64,000 nucleotides of DNA. Source: Acidobacteriota bacterium. GTDB taxonomy: Bacteria > Acidobacteriota > UBA890 > WLXD01. Below, one piece after another: positions 30,235-40,499 of the stretch (its first letter is position 1; each line of letters begins with the position of its first letter). The stretch lies in the NCBI GenBank assembly GCA_965205505.1, contig CBDBHB010000009.1, positions 1,024,001 to 1,088,000 on the forward strand, read 5' to 3'. The position numbers and the translations under genes were made by a program. The notes beneath the pieces are model-generated. The model saw nothing but the letters and a program-made list of their open reading frames with translations. It ran no database searches and had not been told where the DNA came from.

Positions 30235-30376
30235 CAGCACGGTGCTGAAAAACTCTGGCGGGTCTGGCGCGTGGGCCGGCAACCCCCAGGCGCCCGAAGG
30301 GTTACGGCGTCGTGAGGCCATCTGCAGCGTTGGCCCTCTTGGACGATACAACAAGCATCGCCTGCGTCGCGCCGCC
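30235..30376 (+). repeat. Divergent partial relative of the 279-bp element
   Basis: CAGCACGGTGCTGAAAAACTCTGGCGGGTCTGGCG end, plus GCAACCCC..CGCCCGAAGGGTTACGGCG..GCATCGCCTG core. Confidence 0.65.
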
Positions 30377-30578
30377 AGGGACGACCGCTCGGCCCGAGGC
30401 GACGTCCGGTCACCGTTCGCAGCGACCGTCCGATCGATCCACCCTTGGTTGGCAGCGCTATGGCCGCGATAATCGAGCTGCACGTCAGGCTACGCACCCG
30501 GGCGGAGACCCCGGAGCAACGGGTTTTCCGCTCGGGTGCGATCCTCCTCCAAAGGCACCGATGACCGGATCGGCGAGT

Positions 30579-30731
30579 ATGTCGCGCCCCACCGATCGCA
30601 CCTTGTTGCGCCTGGGAGTTCTCCTCGTTGCGGTGCTCGCCGTCATGGCGGCGCTCGATCTGCTGCGCGGCACCGGCGGCCGCGCCTGGCTCGTAGGCAC
30701 GTGGCGCGCCGAGGCCACCGACGCCCGATGA
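30579..30731 (+). CDS. Small single-TM hypothetical protein
   Basis: 50 aa with one hydrophobic helix; stop overlaps the next ATG (ATGA). Confidence 0.4.
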   Translation: MSRPTDRTLLRLGVLLVAVLAVMAALDLLRGTGGRAWLVGTWRAEATDAR

Positions 30732-31897
30732 CCGGCAGCGGCAACACTTCGGAGGCCCTCGTATCACTCACCCGTGATCTGATACGCATTCCCAGCGTGT
30801 TGGGTGGTGAAGGACCGGTCGCCGCTCGCGTCGTCGCCGAGATGCGCTTGCTGGACTACGACGAGGTCGAGATCGACGCCTCCGGCAACGCTGTCGGCGT
30901 GCTTCAGGGCGCCACTGATGGGCCGACCATTCTCTTCGACGCACACATGGACACGGTCGACGTTCACCCGCGCGGCGCCTGGTCCCATGACCCGTTCGGT
31001 GGCGACGAGACCGATGGGCGAATCTACGGCCGTGGCAGCTCCGACATGAAGGGTGCGCTGGCGGCGATGATCCACGGCATCGGCACGCTTGATCGATCGA
31101 CGCTCGGTGGTCGCGCCGTGGTCTCCGCGTCGGTCGGCGAGGAGCTCATCGAAGGGGCGGCGTTGCGCATCGTGATGCAAAGGCACGGGGCCGATTTCGT
31201 CGTCATCGGCGAGGCCTCCGATCTGGATGTCGCGCGCGCAGGGCGCGGGCGCGCCGAATGGGTCGTGGTCACCAAGGGCGTGCCATCTCACGCCTCCACG
31301 CCCGATCAGGGCGTCAACGCAGTGCACTCGATGCGCGCCGTGATCGAGCAGATCGAGGCGCTGCCCATGGCGGACGATCCGTTCGTCGGGGACGGCGTCA
31401 TGTGCCTCACCGACATCATCTCGATCCCGCATCCGGCGCACTCGGTGGTGCCGAGCGGCTGCCGGGCAACCTACGAGCGTCGGCTGTTGCCGGGCGACAC
31501 CGAGGACCAGCTCACCGCCGAGCTGCGAGCTGCCTGCGTCCGCGCCGGCGACGACGACACCCAGATCAGACTAGCAAATGCCGACTACACCACCTACACG
31601 GGGGTTCGCTGGGAGATACCGAAGTGGTTCGCTCCCTGGGAACTCCCCGAAGACCACGAGCTGGTACAGGGAGCCCTGCAAGCCTTGCGCGGAATCGGCC
31701 AGTCACCCGGTCTGCGCAGCTACCAGTTCTGCACTAACGCAGCGTACAGCGCCGGCTACGCCGCAGTTCCGACGATCGGCTACGGCCCATCGCGCGAGGA
31801 TCAGGCGCACGTGATCGACGAATGCATCGAGCTCGCCGATCTCCTGGCAGCGAGCGACGGTTATCAAGCGATCACATCGGAGCTGCTGAAGAGGTAG
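30728..31897 (+). CDS. M20 metallohydrolase, YgeY/ArgE/DapE-like
   Basis: DAHMDTV, GRGSSDMKG, EE, GEAS, FCTN, GYGP..E..AH. Confidence 0.88.
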   Translation: MTGSGNTSEALVSLTRDLIRIPSVLGGEGPVAARVVAEMRLLDYDEVEIDASGNAVGVLQGATDGPTILFDAHMDTVDVHPRGAWSHDPFGGDETDGRIYGRGSSDMKGALAAMIHGIGTLDRSTLGGRAVVSASVGEELIEGAALRIVMQRHGADFVVIGEASDLDVARAGRGRAEWVVVTKGVPSHASTPDQGVNAVHSMRAVIEQIEALPMADDPFVGDGVMCLTDIISIPHPAHSVVPSGCRATYERRLLPGDTEDQLTAELRAACVRAGDDDTQIRLANADYTTYTGVRWEIPKWFAPWELPEDHELVQGALQALRGIGQSPGLRSYQFCTNAAYSAGYAAVPTIGYGPSREDQAHVIDECIELADLLAASDGYQAITSELLKR

Positions 31898-32024
31898 CCG
31901 GTGCAAAACGATCGCAGTGGCGAACGCAGCAGGATAATGTGCGCCCGGGAACATGCTCTTTGCCGTCGAGCGCGAGGCGTTCGGTGACGGCGAGCTCTCC
32001 GAGCCTTGTCTCATGGAGAATCAC

Positions 32025-35000
32025 ATGCGCTACAGGCTGGCCATCGCGTGGGCCTCTTTCTTGATCGCCGTCCTGTCCGCCGGGCCGAGCGGGGCACACG
32101 TCGGGCCGCCGCCGGCAGCCCTCGATACGGCGGTTCCCGAGGCAATGCTGGCCAGGTTACGCTACCACATGGTGGGCCCGTCACGTGGCGGGCGGGTGAC
32201 CGCCGTGGCCGGCCACCGTGCTCAGCCGGGACTCTTCTACATGGGCGCCAGCGGCGGCGGTGTGTGGAAGACAACGAACTACGGCCAGGACTGGTTCCCG
32301 GTTTCCGACGGCTACTTCGCCACCGGCTCGATCGGGGCAATCGCGGTTGCCGAGTCGAACCCCGAGGTCGTCTACGTGTCGACGGGCTCCGACGGCCTGC
32401 GCAGCAACGTCATCATAGGCAAGGGGGTGTACAAGTCGATCGACGCAGGCGCCACCTGGACACACATCGGGCTCGCGGAGACCGGCAATACGGGGGCGGT
32501 GTTGGTTCACCCCCAAAACCCTGACATCGTCTATGTGGCCGCCATCGGCAATCCCTTCGCGTCCAATCCGGAGCGCGGCGTCTATCGCAGCCGCGATGCG
32601 GGCGCGTCTTGGGAGCACGTGCTCTTCGTTTCCGACAAGACCGGTGCGGTGGACCTCGAGTTCGCACCGGGTCGGCCCGACATTATCTACGCCAGCACGT
32701 GGGAGACCGAGCGCAAGCCATGGACGATCTTGTCGGGGGGTATGGAGGGGGGGGTCTTCAAGTCGGAGGACGGCGGTGACAGCTGGAGACGCTTGACCGA
32801 TGGCTTGCCCACCGGGCTGCGCGGCAAGTCCGACCTCGCGGTGTCGGCCGCGGCTCCCGAGCGTGTGTACGTGCTCATCGAGGCACCGGAGTCCGCCGGA
32901 GGGGTATACCGCTCCGATGACCGCGGCGAAACCTGGTCGCAGGTGACCGACTACCAGCCGATTCGCAACCGGCCGTTCTACTACTGCAACCTGCACGCCG
33001 ACCCGACCAACGCGGACCGGCTGTGGGGCATGGCGGAGGGGTTTCATCAGTCCGAGGATGCCGGCAAAACCTGGGAGACACGACGTGTGCCCCACGGCGA
33101 CAACCACGACCTGTGGGTGAACCCCGACGACCCGGACATCTGGATTCAGAGCAACGACGGCGGCGCCAACATCACGCGTGACGGCGGCGTCACGTGGTCG
33201 ACGCAGAACAATCAGCCTACCGCCGAGCTATACCAGGTCGATATTTCGGACGAGTTTCCCTATCGGCTATTCGCTGGACAGCAAGACAACAGCACCATCT
33301 CGGTTCCCAGCTTGCCGTTGACCAACCGTGCCGCTGGCCAGCAGGCCTACTGGCAGGAACACGGTGGCTGCGAGACGGGACCGGCCGTGCCGAAGCCCGG
33401 CGATCCCGATATCGTGTACGCCAACTGCAAGGGCCGCTTCGGGGTGTTCAACCGTCGTACGGGCCAGGAGCAACACTATTACGTCGGCTACTGGAACCTC
33501 TACGGCCGCAACCCCGAGGACCTGCCCTACCGTTTCCAGCGCACGGTGCCCGTGCACGTGTCGCCGCACGATCCCGATCGCGTGTATCACGCCTCCCAGT
33601 ACCTGCACGTGACCGACGACGGTGGCGTCACCTGGACAACGATCTCGCCCGACTTGACCGCCTTCGATCCCGAGACCCAGGTGGTCTCGGGCGCGCCGAT
33701 TACGCTGGATGTGACCGGCGAAGAACACTTCAGCGTGCTCTACGAGGTTCAGGAGAGCCCGCACGAGAACGGGGTGATCTGGGCGGGCGCCAACGATGGG
33801 CCGATCCACATAACCCGCGACGGTGGTGCCAGCTGGGAGAACGTCACACCTCCCGAGCTCGCGCGCTTCGGGCGCGTGCAGACCATCGAGGTGTCGCCGC
33901 ACGATCCCGCCAAGGCCTATTTGTCGGTGCTGCGCTATCAGCTCGGCGACTTCGCTCCCTACGTGTTCCGCACCCACGACTACGGGGCCAGTTGGACGCG
34001 CATCACGACGGGCGACAATGGAATTCCGGCGGACCATCCAGTGCGTGTCGTACGCGAGGACCCGGGTCGTGAGGGGCTGCTGTTTGCCGGCACCGAGTTC
34101 GGCATGTTCGTGTCGTTCGACGACGGCGAGCGCTGGCAATCGCTGCAGCTCAACCTGCCGGCAGTGCCGGTGACCGACATCAAGGTGGTCGATGCCGACC
34201 TGGTGCTCTCCACCATGGGGCGCAGTTTCTGGATCATGTACGACCTGTCGCCGTTGCGGCAGATCAGCGACGCTGTGGTGGGGTCGCCCTCGCATTTGTT
34301 CGAGGCGGGCGACGCGGTACGGTTCCGCGGCGGTGGCGGGTTTGCTGAGCCAGGTCCCGCCGACCCGCAGTATCCGCGGGTCGGCGCCAACATCGATTAC
34401 TGGCTGGAGCACGAGCTGCAGGGCGAGCTGACGCTCGAGATACTGGATGCTCGCGGCCGAATAATCCGTCAGCTATCGAGCGTCGAGCCCGGGGAGACGT
34501 TGGTCGTTCCAGAGCCCGGAATGCGCGAGTCGCGTCTCGAGCGCGCCGGCACGCCGCGGCTCGACACGGGCGCTGGGGCGCATCGTTATACCTGGGATCT
34601 GCGCTATCCCGGACCATGGTACGCCGACGGCAACCGGCGACGGCCAGGGCAGGGTGGCCCCATGGTGCCGCCTGGCGAGTACACGGCTCGACTCTCGCAC
34701 GGAGGCTGGTCTTTGAGCGTCGAGTTTGACGTGGTGATGGATCCGCGCGTCGTTGGCGAGGGTATCTCGGCGGCCGACGTACGTGCCCAGGCCGAGCTGT
34801 CGTTGCGGGTACGCGATACCTACGGCGCTGCCAATCTTGCCGTCGCTCGCATCAGCGAGGCGATGGCGAAGGGCGACGACGAACTTGCCGGCGAGCTGCG
34901 TGAGGTGTTGAACGCTTTGGTGGATGCACCCCGTCGCTACTCGCCGGTCATGCTGGTCGACCAGCTTCAATACCTCTACGACAACCTCAACCGCGCCGAT

Positions 35001-35099
35001 CAGCGGCCTGGCGGCGACGCCATCGCACGCCACCAGGAGCTGAAAGCGGAGCTCGACGGCCATCTGGAGCAACTGGAGCGGCTGCTCGGCGAAGGCTGA
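32025..35099 (+). CDS. VPS10/BNR-repeat glycosyl-hydrolase-like protein
   Basis: Signal peptide; GPSRGGRV, multiple Asp-boxes, HGDNH, STMGRSFW, helical C-terminus. Confidence 0.88.
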   Translation: MRYRLAIAWASFLIAVLSAGPSGAHVGPPPAALDTAVPEAMLARLRYHMVGPSRGGRVTAVAGHRAQPGLFYMGASGGGVWKTTNYGQDWFPVSDGYFATGSIGAIAVAESNPEVVYVSTGSDGLRSNVIIGKGVYKSIDAGATWTHIGLAETGNTGAVLVHPQNPDIVYVAAIGNPFASNPERGVYRSRDAGASWEHVLFVSDKTGAVDLEFAPGRPDIIYASTWETERKPWTILSGGMEGGVFKSEDGGDSWRRLTDGLPTGLRGKSDLAVSAAAPERVYVLIEAPESAGGVYRSDDRGETWSQVTDYQPIRNRPFYYCNLHADPTNADRLWGMAEGFHQSEDAGKTWETRRVPHGDNHDLWVNPDDPDIWIQSNDGGANITRDGGVTWSTQNNQPTAELYQVDISDEFPYRLFAGQQDNSTISVPSLPLTNRAAGQQAYWQEHGGCETGPAVPKPGDPDIVYANCKGRFGVFNRRTGQEQHYYVGYWNLYGRNPEDLPYRFQRTVPVHVSPHDPDRVYHASQYLHVTDDGGVTWTTISPDLTAFDPETQVVSGAPITLDVTGEEHFSVLYEVQESPHENGVIWAGANDGPIHITRDGGASWENVTPPELARFGRVQTIEVSPHDPAKAYLSVLRYQLGDFAPYVFRTHDYGASWTRITTGDNGIPADHPVRVVREDPGREGLLFAGTEFGMFVSFDDGERWQSLQLNLPAVPVTDIKVVDADLVLSTMGRSFWIMYDLSPLRQISDAVVGSPSHLFEAGDAVRFRGGGGFAEPGPADPQYPRVGANIDYWLEHELQGELTLEILDARGRIIRQLSSVEPGETLVVPEPGMRESRLERAGTPRLDTGAGAHRYTWDLRYPGPWYADGNRRRPGQGGPMVPPGEYTARLSHGGWSLSVEFDVVMDPRVVGEGISAADVRAQAELSLRVRDTYGAANLAVARISEAMAKGDDELAGELREVLNALVDAPRRYSPVMLVDQLQYLYDNLNRADQRPGGDAIARHQELKAELDGHLEQLERLLGEG

Positions 35100-35193
35100 G
35101 GTGTGTCTCGTGTCGCGTTGCCGGCCGGTGGTGCGCGATCCGTGCACTGACGAGGACCAACGAGTTGCTGAGGTCGAGCGCGCGGCGCGGTTC

Positions 35194-36612
35194 TCAGGTG
35201 GTTTGGAACGCTCTCGCGCGGTACAGGAAATCGACGATGTTGCCCTCGTGGGGCTGCAACCAATTGAGCTGGACCGTCGGAATGGCGCCGAAGTTCAGCC
35301 GGTCGATGTTCGGGGCGTCCAGCAGGCTTCGGCGGAATCCGGCATCGCCGGTGATGGCAGTGGCCACCAGGGTGTCGCCGATGGCCCCGATCATTTGCTC
35401 CTGTGGGCACTCGACGACGGTCACGAAGGGGAACATGTACTCCTTGCCCGCCATCGGCTGCCCTGCGGTGTCGCAATGGACCACGGTCGGTAGTAGATAG
35501 TCGCAGCGCGCCTGCTCCACTAGCCGGCCGGCGTCGCGATACGACGCGGTGACATCCTCCACGCCCTCGGCGTCGAGATTGGCGTCGATATCCTCCGAGA
35601 TCGCCTTGGCCTGGCCCGGAACGGTGAACGCCGCCAACTGGGCGTCGTCGTTGTCCGGCGGAAGCGCCTCGACAGCGGCCAGGCGTGCGGCCAGGGCCGC
35701 CGCGATCTCACGCGTATGCCGCGACGCCCAGATGCCAGAACAGTTGATGCATGAGCGGCCGGCGTTCACCAGCACCGAATCGACCATGAGGTCGAGGTGC
35801 TGCTCCCAGTTGTCGACCATATCGTCACCGAAGAGGATCTTGCTGAACCCAGGACCGTGCACCTGAATGCCGGGGTGGCCACGGTACTGCTCGACAGTCG
35901 GCAGGCCGCCGAAGATCAGGCTGCGCTCGGTGTTGTTAAGCACCCCGGCGCCCACGTCGGGCCCCCCCGGGTAGACGGTGATCGCTTGACGCGGCACACC
36001 AGCCTCGAAGAACGCCTGCGACATGCGCCAGGGTGTCCAGGGCTCCTGCGGACCGGGCTTCAGCACCAGGCCGATCTGCAGAGGGATGACCGGCAGCCAC
36101 AAGGTGTGTACACCGGGCGAGTTCGACGGCAGCACCATGCCCAGGGCGTTGGTAGTCGATTGGTAGCTACGCATGACCCCGCCCTCCTCGCCGAAGCCGC
36201 GTGCCAGGATGTCGAGATCGAGATGGCGAGTGAGTGACTCGAGGATCTCGTCCATGTGCTCGAGCACGAACCGGAGCTTGTCCATATTCATGCGGCACAT
36301 GTGCTCGGAGAGCCCGGTGGTGGCGGACTGCTGACGCACGAAGTCGGCGGGCGACTGGGTGCCGTCGCCGAGCGGCAGGTCGGCGGTCATGAACAGCTCG
36401 CCAGCCTTCTGCGTCATCGCCAGCAGATCAGATGGCGCCACTTCGCGCAGCACGTTGCGCGCCCGCTGCGCCTTGCGCATGTCGCGCGCAACCATCCCCT
36501 GGCTCGCCTGGCTCACCTTGGCGACGGGCTCGCCGGTGGCGAAGTGGACGACCTCCTCGGTCTCGAGGCTCTCGTATGGCTCGCCCCAACGTAGCACCGG
36601 AAAGTGGATCAT
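35194..36612 (-). CDS. Aldehyde-dehydrogenase-fold acyl reductase (LuxC/EhpG-like)
   Basis: LPSNSP, LKPG, NAGRSCIN catalytic Cys, EYMFP; HGPGFSK in place of ELGGK. Confidence 0.8.
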   Translation of the reverse strand: MIHFPVLRWGEPYESLETEEVVHFATGEPVAKVSQASQGMVARDMRKAQRARNVLREVAPSDLLAMTQKAGELFMTADLPLGDGTQSPADFVRQQSATTGLSEHMCRMNMDKLRFVLEHMDEILESLTRHLDLDILARGFGEEGGVMRSYQSTTNALGMVLPSNSPGVHTLWLPVIPLQIGLVLKPGPQEPWTPWRMSQAFFEAGVPRQAITVYPGGPDVGAGVLNNTERSLIFGGLPTVEQYRGHPGIQVHGPGFSKILFGDDMVDNWEQHLDLMVDSVLVNAGRSCINCSGIWASRHTREIAAALAARLAAVEALPPDNDDAQLAAFTVPGQAKAISEDIDANLDAEGVEDVTASYRDAGRLVEQARCDYLLPTVVHCDTAGQPMAGKEYMFPFVTVVECPQEQMIGAIGDTLVATAITGDAGFRRSLLDAPNIDRLNFGAIPTVQLNWLQPHEGNIVDFLYRARAFQTT

Positions 36613-36660
36613 CGGGTTCTTCTCAGCCGGCTCGGGTGATCGGTGGCGTCCGCTTGCGGA

Positions 36661-37815
36661 TCAGTACACGCCCACGGTCGTCGACTTGGCGATGCGCGCA
36701 AAGGGCCGCACGCCGCTGACGCCGTCCCAAGGGTAGCTCTCGTAGGGCTGCTGGCGCTCGCCCTCGTCGCGCTCCAGGAAACGCGGCATGAAGAACTCTT
36801 TGGTGAGCGTGGTCAACATCACCCGTCCAGTCTCTCCATAGGGCACGAGCCGGGTGGCATCGTCGGGATCCACGACCTGCACCGCGGCGCGCGGCTGCGG
36901 TGCGTAGTAGGTGATCCTGTAGCCGTTGTGCGGGCCGCTCGGTGAGCTCGCAGCAAGGCCCATGAGCGTGTTGCCGTAAGTCGGCGTCATGTAGGCACCG
37001 TCGAGCAGCTCTTCGTGCGCGAAGCGATTCCACTGCGGGGTGAACTCGGTGCCACCGGAGAAGATGCCGCTGATGCCGGCCTGGCGAATCGTCGTGCCCT
37101 TGTCCTCGAGGCGCAGTGCCAGAGCCTCGAGCAGTTTCGGGGTGGTAAACAGGCAGCGGATCTCGTGGCTCGACTCGAGGATCGTGATCGCCTGATCGAT
37201 AACGTGCTCCTGGTAGGCCTTGAGATGCTCGCTCCAGCCCTTCTTGATCAGCTTGATCACCCAGCGCGGGTCGAGATCAACACAGAAGCAGATGCCGCCG
37301 CGATGATGCGCCAGGTGCTCCACCGCCAGCCGCAGGCGCCGGGGGCCGCTGGGGCCGAGCATCAGCCAGTTAGCGCCGGGTGGGAAGTGCTCGTCGGGAA
37401 GTGTGTCGGAGAAGAGCTCGTAGTCGGTGCGAAAGTCGTCGATGTTGATGCGGCTCTTCGGCGTGCCCGTCGTGCCACCGGTCTCGAAGGTGAACACCGG
37501 GCGATCGGCGTACGCTTTCGGTACCCAGCGCCGCACCGGGCCGCCGCGCAGCCAATCGTCCTGGAAGTGGCCGAACTTCACCAGGTCGTCGAAGCCGCCG
37601 ATCGTGTCGCGTGGGTCCCAGTCCTGCTGCGCAGCCCACTGCAACCAAAACGGGCAGCCGGTGTCGGGATCGAAATGCCAGGCGATGATCGCGCGCACCT
37701 GCTCATCGAGCGCCTCGCGCGCGGCGGCGACGCGGCCTTCTAGATCGGGCTCCAAGGCCGGGGTGCTCAACATCGGATCTCGCTTCGTTGCGTTGGCGGG
37801 CGGCAGCAGGCTCAT
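36661..37815 (-). CDS. Truncated ANL-type adenylating enzyme (EhpF/LuxE/PaaK-like)
   Basis: WHFDPDTGCPFW, ETGGTTGTPK, TYGNT, FLERD; ends without the ANL small C-terminal domain. Confidence 0.78.
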   Translation of the reverse strand: MSLLPPANATKRDPMLSTPALEPDLEGRVAAAREALDEQVRAIIAWHFDPDTGCPFWLQWAAQQDWDPRDTIGGFDDLVKFGHFQDDWLRGGPVRRWVPKAYADRPVFTFETGGTTGTPKSRINIDDFRTDYELFSDTLPDEHFPPGANWLMLGPSGPRRLRLAVEHLAHHRGGICFCVDLDPRWVIKLIKKGWSEHLKAYQEHVIDQAITILESSHEIRCLFTTPKLLEALALRLEDKGTTIRQAGISGIFSGGTEFTPQWNRFAHEELLDGAYMTPTYGNTLMGLAASSPSGPHNGYRITYYAPQPRAAVQVVDPDDATRLVPYGETGRVMLTTLTKEFFMPRFLERDEGERQQPYESYPWDGVSGVRPFARIAKSTTVGVY

Positions 37816-37924
37816 CCTAACCCCGCGCGCCGATCCGTGCTGCTGCTAGCAGTGGCTCAGCGTTGATGTCGAGCCTCGTCTGCTGCGTCATCGATGACGC
37901 AGCCCGCACGCTGGTCGAGCAATC

Positions 37925-38013
37925 GCCATCGTCGAGGAAGGCCAACGCCGCAAATGGCCCCAAATCGCCGTAACCCTGTCGCCAGACCCACCACACTTTC
38001 ACCACGGCCTGCT
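37925..38013 (-). repeat. Partial inverted copy of the 279-bp element with internal deletion
   Basis: One intact TIR; 102 bp (copy-1 numbering) removed between two AGGGT direct repeats. Confidence 0.8.
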
Positions 38014-38379
38014 GTTCGCAGGCCGCATGCCGGCAGCCTAGCTCAACAGGGGTACCGAGGCAGGGTGCCGAGATTAGCGATCGCTCGAGGCGCGCGGAGG
38101 CGCCAAGGCCAGCTGGCTGCCCGGCAGTAGCTCGACGTTGCGCACTGCGCCTTGCGGCGCGGTGGTCAGCGTCGCGACCGCGTCCGGGTGTTGCAACGGG
38201 CATGTCGGAAAATAGGCGATCGCTGTACCCTGGCCGCCAACCAGCGGCGTCACCGCAAGCTTGCGGGCGATGGCGATCTCGTCGGGCATGATTCCGGTCG
38301 ATCGCACCGCGATCGTGGTCGTGCGGCCCGTCGGCATCTCGGTGATGCGCAGCTCGCTCGCATCGGCCGGCGCCCACAC

Positions 38380-38790
38380 TCATCGTCGACCTTGACCTCC
38401 ACGAAGAAGAGTTCGCCGCGCGCCGCGACGCTTTGGGCAATGGCGTTGAAGAAAACGGCATGAGGTGTCTTCGCGAGGAACGCCGTGCCCGCCTGCCCTT
38501 TCCAGCCGCGCGCCTCGAGCTCGAGAAAGCGTCGGACCAGATCGGGATCCTGGAGATCACGGTGCAGTCGGACTTCGAGCTCGCCAAAGGCCTCCAGCTT
38601 GCGGCGACTGCGACGGTACGCCCGCCGCGTCTTGGGGGACAGGGTCGCGACCCAGTCGCCATCGTCCAGGGCGTTGGTCAACGTCGGCCGCTGGAACTCA
38701 TGGCGTACCCACCAGCGACGACCGCGCTCGTCGAGTCGCTGCCTCAGCAGCAGCCACGCTTGTGAGTCGAGCTCCATATGCCCCCAGCAG
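38380..38790 (-). pseudogene. CelD/BcsL-type GNAT acetyltransferase fragment
   Basis: LSPKTRRAYRRSRRKLEAFGEL, FLELEARGWKGQAGTA; both ends missing. Confidence 0.65.
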
Positions 38791-38829
38791 GCTATCGACA
38801 ACGCAGACCGATCGAGCCAATCCCAGACT

Positions 38830-40340
38830 GCCGCAGCGACCCGCCTGGCTTCTGACGATCCATCGGGGCCATTCTTTTCATCAAACGGTCAGTCGGTGGG
38901 CTTTTCCACGGCCACGGAATTGAAGAAAGTCTCTATCTCCAGCGGTATTGTCCAGACGATCTGTTCCGTCGATGGCGGCCAGGGTGCGAGCTGGAGCCCT
39001 GACGATACGATCATCCTTGGCTCCACTTTCCGTGCCCTCTTTCGCGTGTCGGCCAACGGCGGAGAGCCTGAACCGCTGATTCAAAAACGAGAGATCGCGC
39101 ACGCTTGGCCGCGTGTTCTGCCTGGCGGCAAGTCAGTGATGTTCACATCCGTTTCGGGTAGAGGCTCGGATGCCTACAGCATCGAGGTGCTGAATCTGGA
39201 GACAAAAGAGCGAAAGGTTCTACAGCAGGGCGGTTCTGATGGGCGATACGTGCCTACAGGACATCTGGTGTATTCGGATGACGGAACCCTATTCGCCGCA
39301 CCTTTTGATCTGCGGGAGATGGAGGTGACAGGTTCCGCTAGCCCCCTCTAGAGGGTGTCAGGAGGTACAGCTTCACCAACACGGGAATGCTGGCGTATCT
39401 CCGAGGGGAGATCGTTGAGCCGTATCCGGTGGTGTGGGTGGATCGACAAGGCAACATGACGCCGCTATGGGAGGAGCGTGGCCTCTACGGTGTTCCTCGC
39501 TTGTCACCAGATGGCACACGCCTGGCGATGAACGTCTGGCGCGACAACAACATGGATGTGTGGGTCTATGACCTACAGCGGGGTGGGTCCACCCGGCTTA
39601 CGTTTGATGAAGGACGAGACGACGATCACATCTGGTCACCGGACAGCCAGTATCTGGCATTTTCCTCCACTGCTGGCAACCAGTCGGCGAACATTTATCA
39701 AGTCCGTGCTGACGGCTCGGGAGAGGTCGAACGCCTAACCACAGGCGACGGAGAACACGTTCCTATGGCCTGGTCCCCCGACGGCAAGTTCATCGCATAC
39801 GAGAACTACGGCCCACAGGGCAACGCTGACATTTGGGTCTTGCCCTTGGGGGGAAATCAGGAGCCACAGCTCTTTGCGAACGCTGACGCTTACGAAGGTC
39901 ATGCCGACTTCTCGCCGAATGGCCGCTGGATCGCATACGTCTCCAGTGAGTCAGGAACTGCCGAAATCTACGTGCGTTCCTATCCTCCTGGACCGGGCAA
40001 GTGGCAGGGTTCTGATAACGGCGGCGTTCAACCTAGATGGTCAGCCGATGGTCGCGAGCTTTTTTTCCGCACCAATGACGGAATCATGGTGGTTGCCGTT
40101 GAGACGGAGGGTGACTCCTTTGGACGCGGCGTACCTAAGCAACTTTTTGAGGGGAATTTTCTTGGTGGGATGGCCGGAGTTGTCGTCGGCGGAGAAACCT
40201 ATATGGACTATGACGTCAGCGCCGACGGTCAGCAGTTCGTGATGTTCCCCGACGCCGGCCAGAGCACCCAGACTGGCATGGTGACGCTGGTTATCAACTG
40301 GTTCGACGAGCTGAAGCAGCTTGTGCCGACGGACCCGTAG
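38830..40340 (+). pseudogene. C-terminal TolB/PD40 beta-propeller portion of a Ser/Thr kinase-TolB protein
   Basis: PFFS..GQ.VGF, WSPD and FSPNGRWIAY repeats, terminal NWFDELK; no kinase domain or start; internal TAG at 39349 with frame break. Confidence 0.8.
40281..40340 (+). repeat. Direct repeat A (3' end of the kinase-tail gene)
   Basis: Last 41 nt match 41581-41621 at 39/41 positions. Confidence 0.85.
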
Positions 40341-40499
40341 CGTCAGCCGAGTCTCGCGAACCCAGCCGCGTGAACGCTACTCCCAAGCTTTGGTAGCACT
40401 CGTTACCGTCTACGAGCGCAAACCATCAAGGCGCTGGATATCGGCACACGTTGAACCGGGGCCCGCATGGGCAGCCTCGGATCTCCGTGTAGCTTCTAT

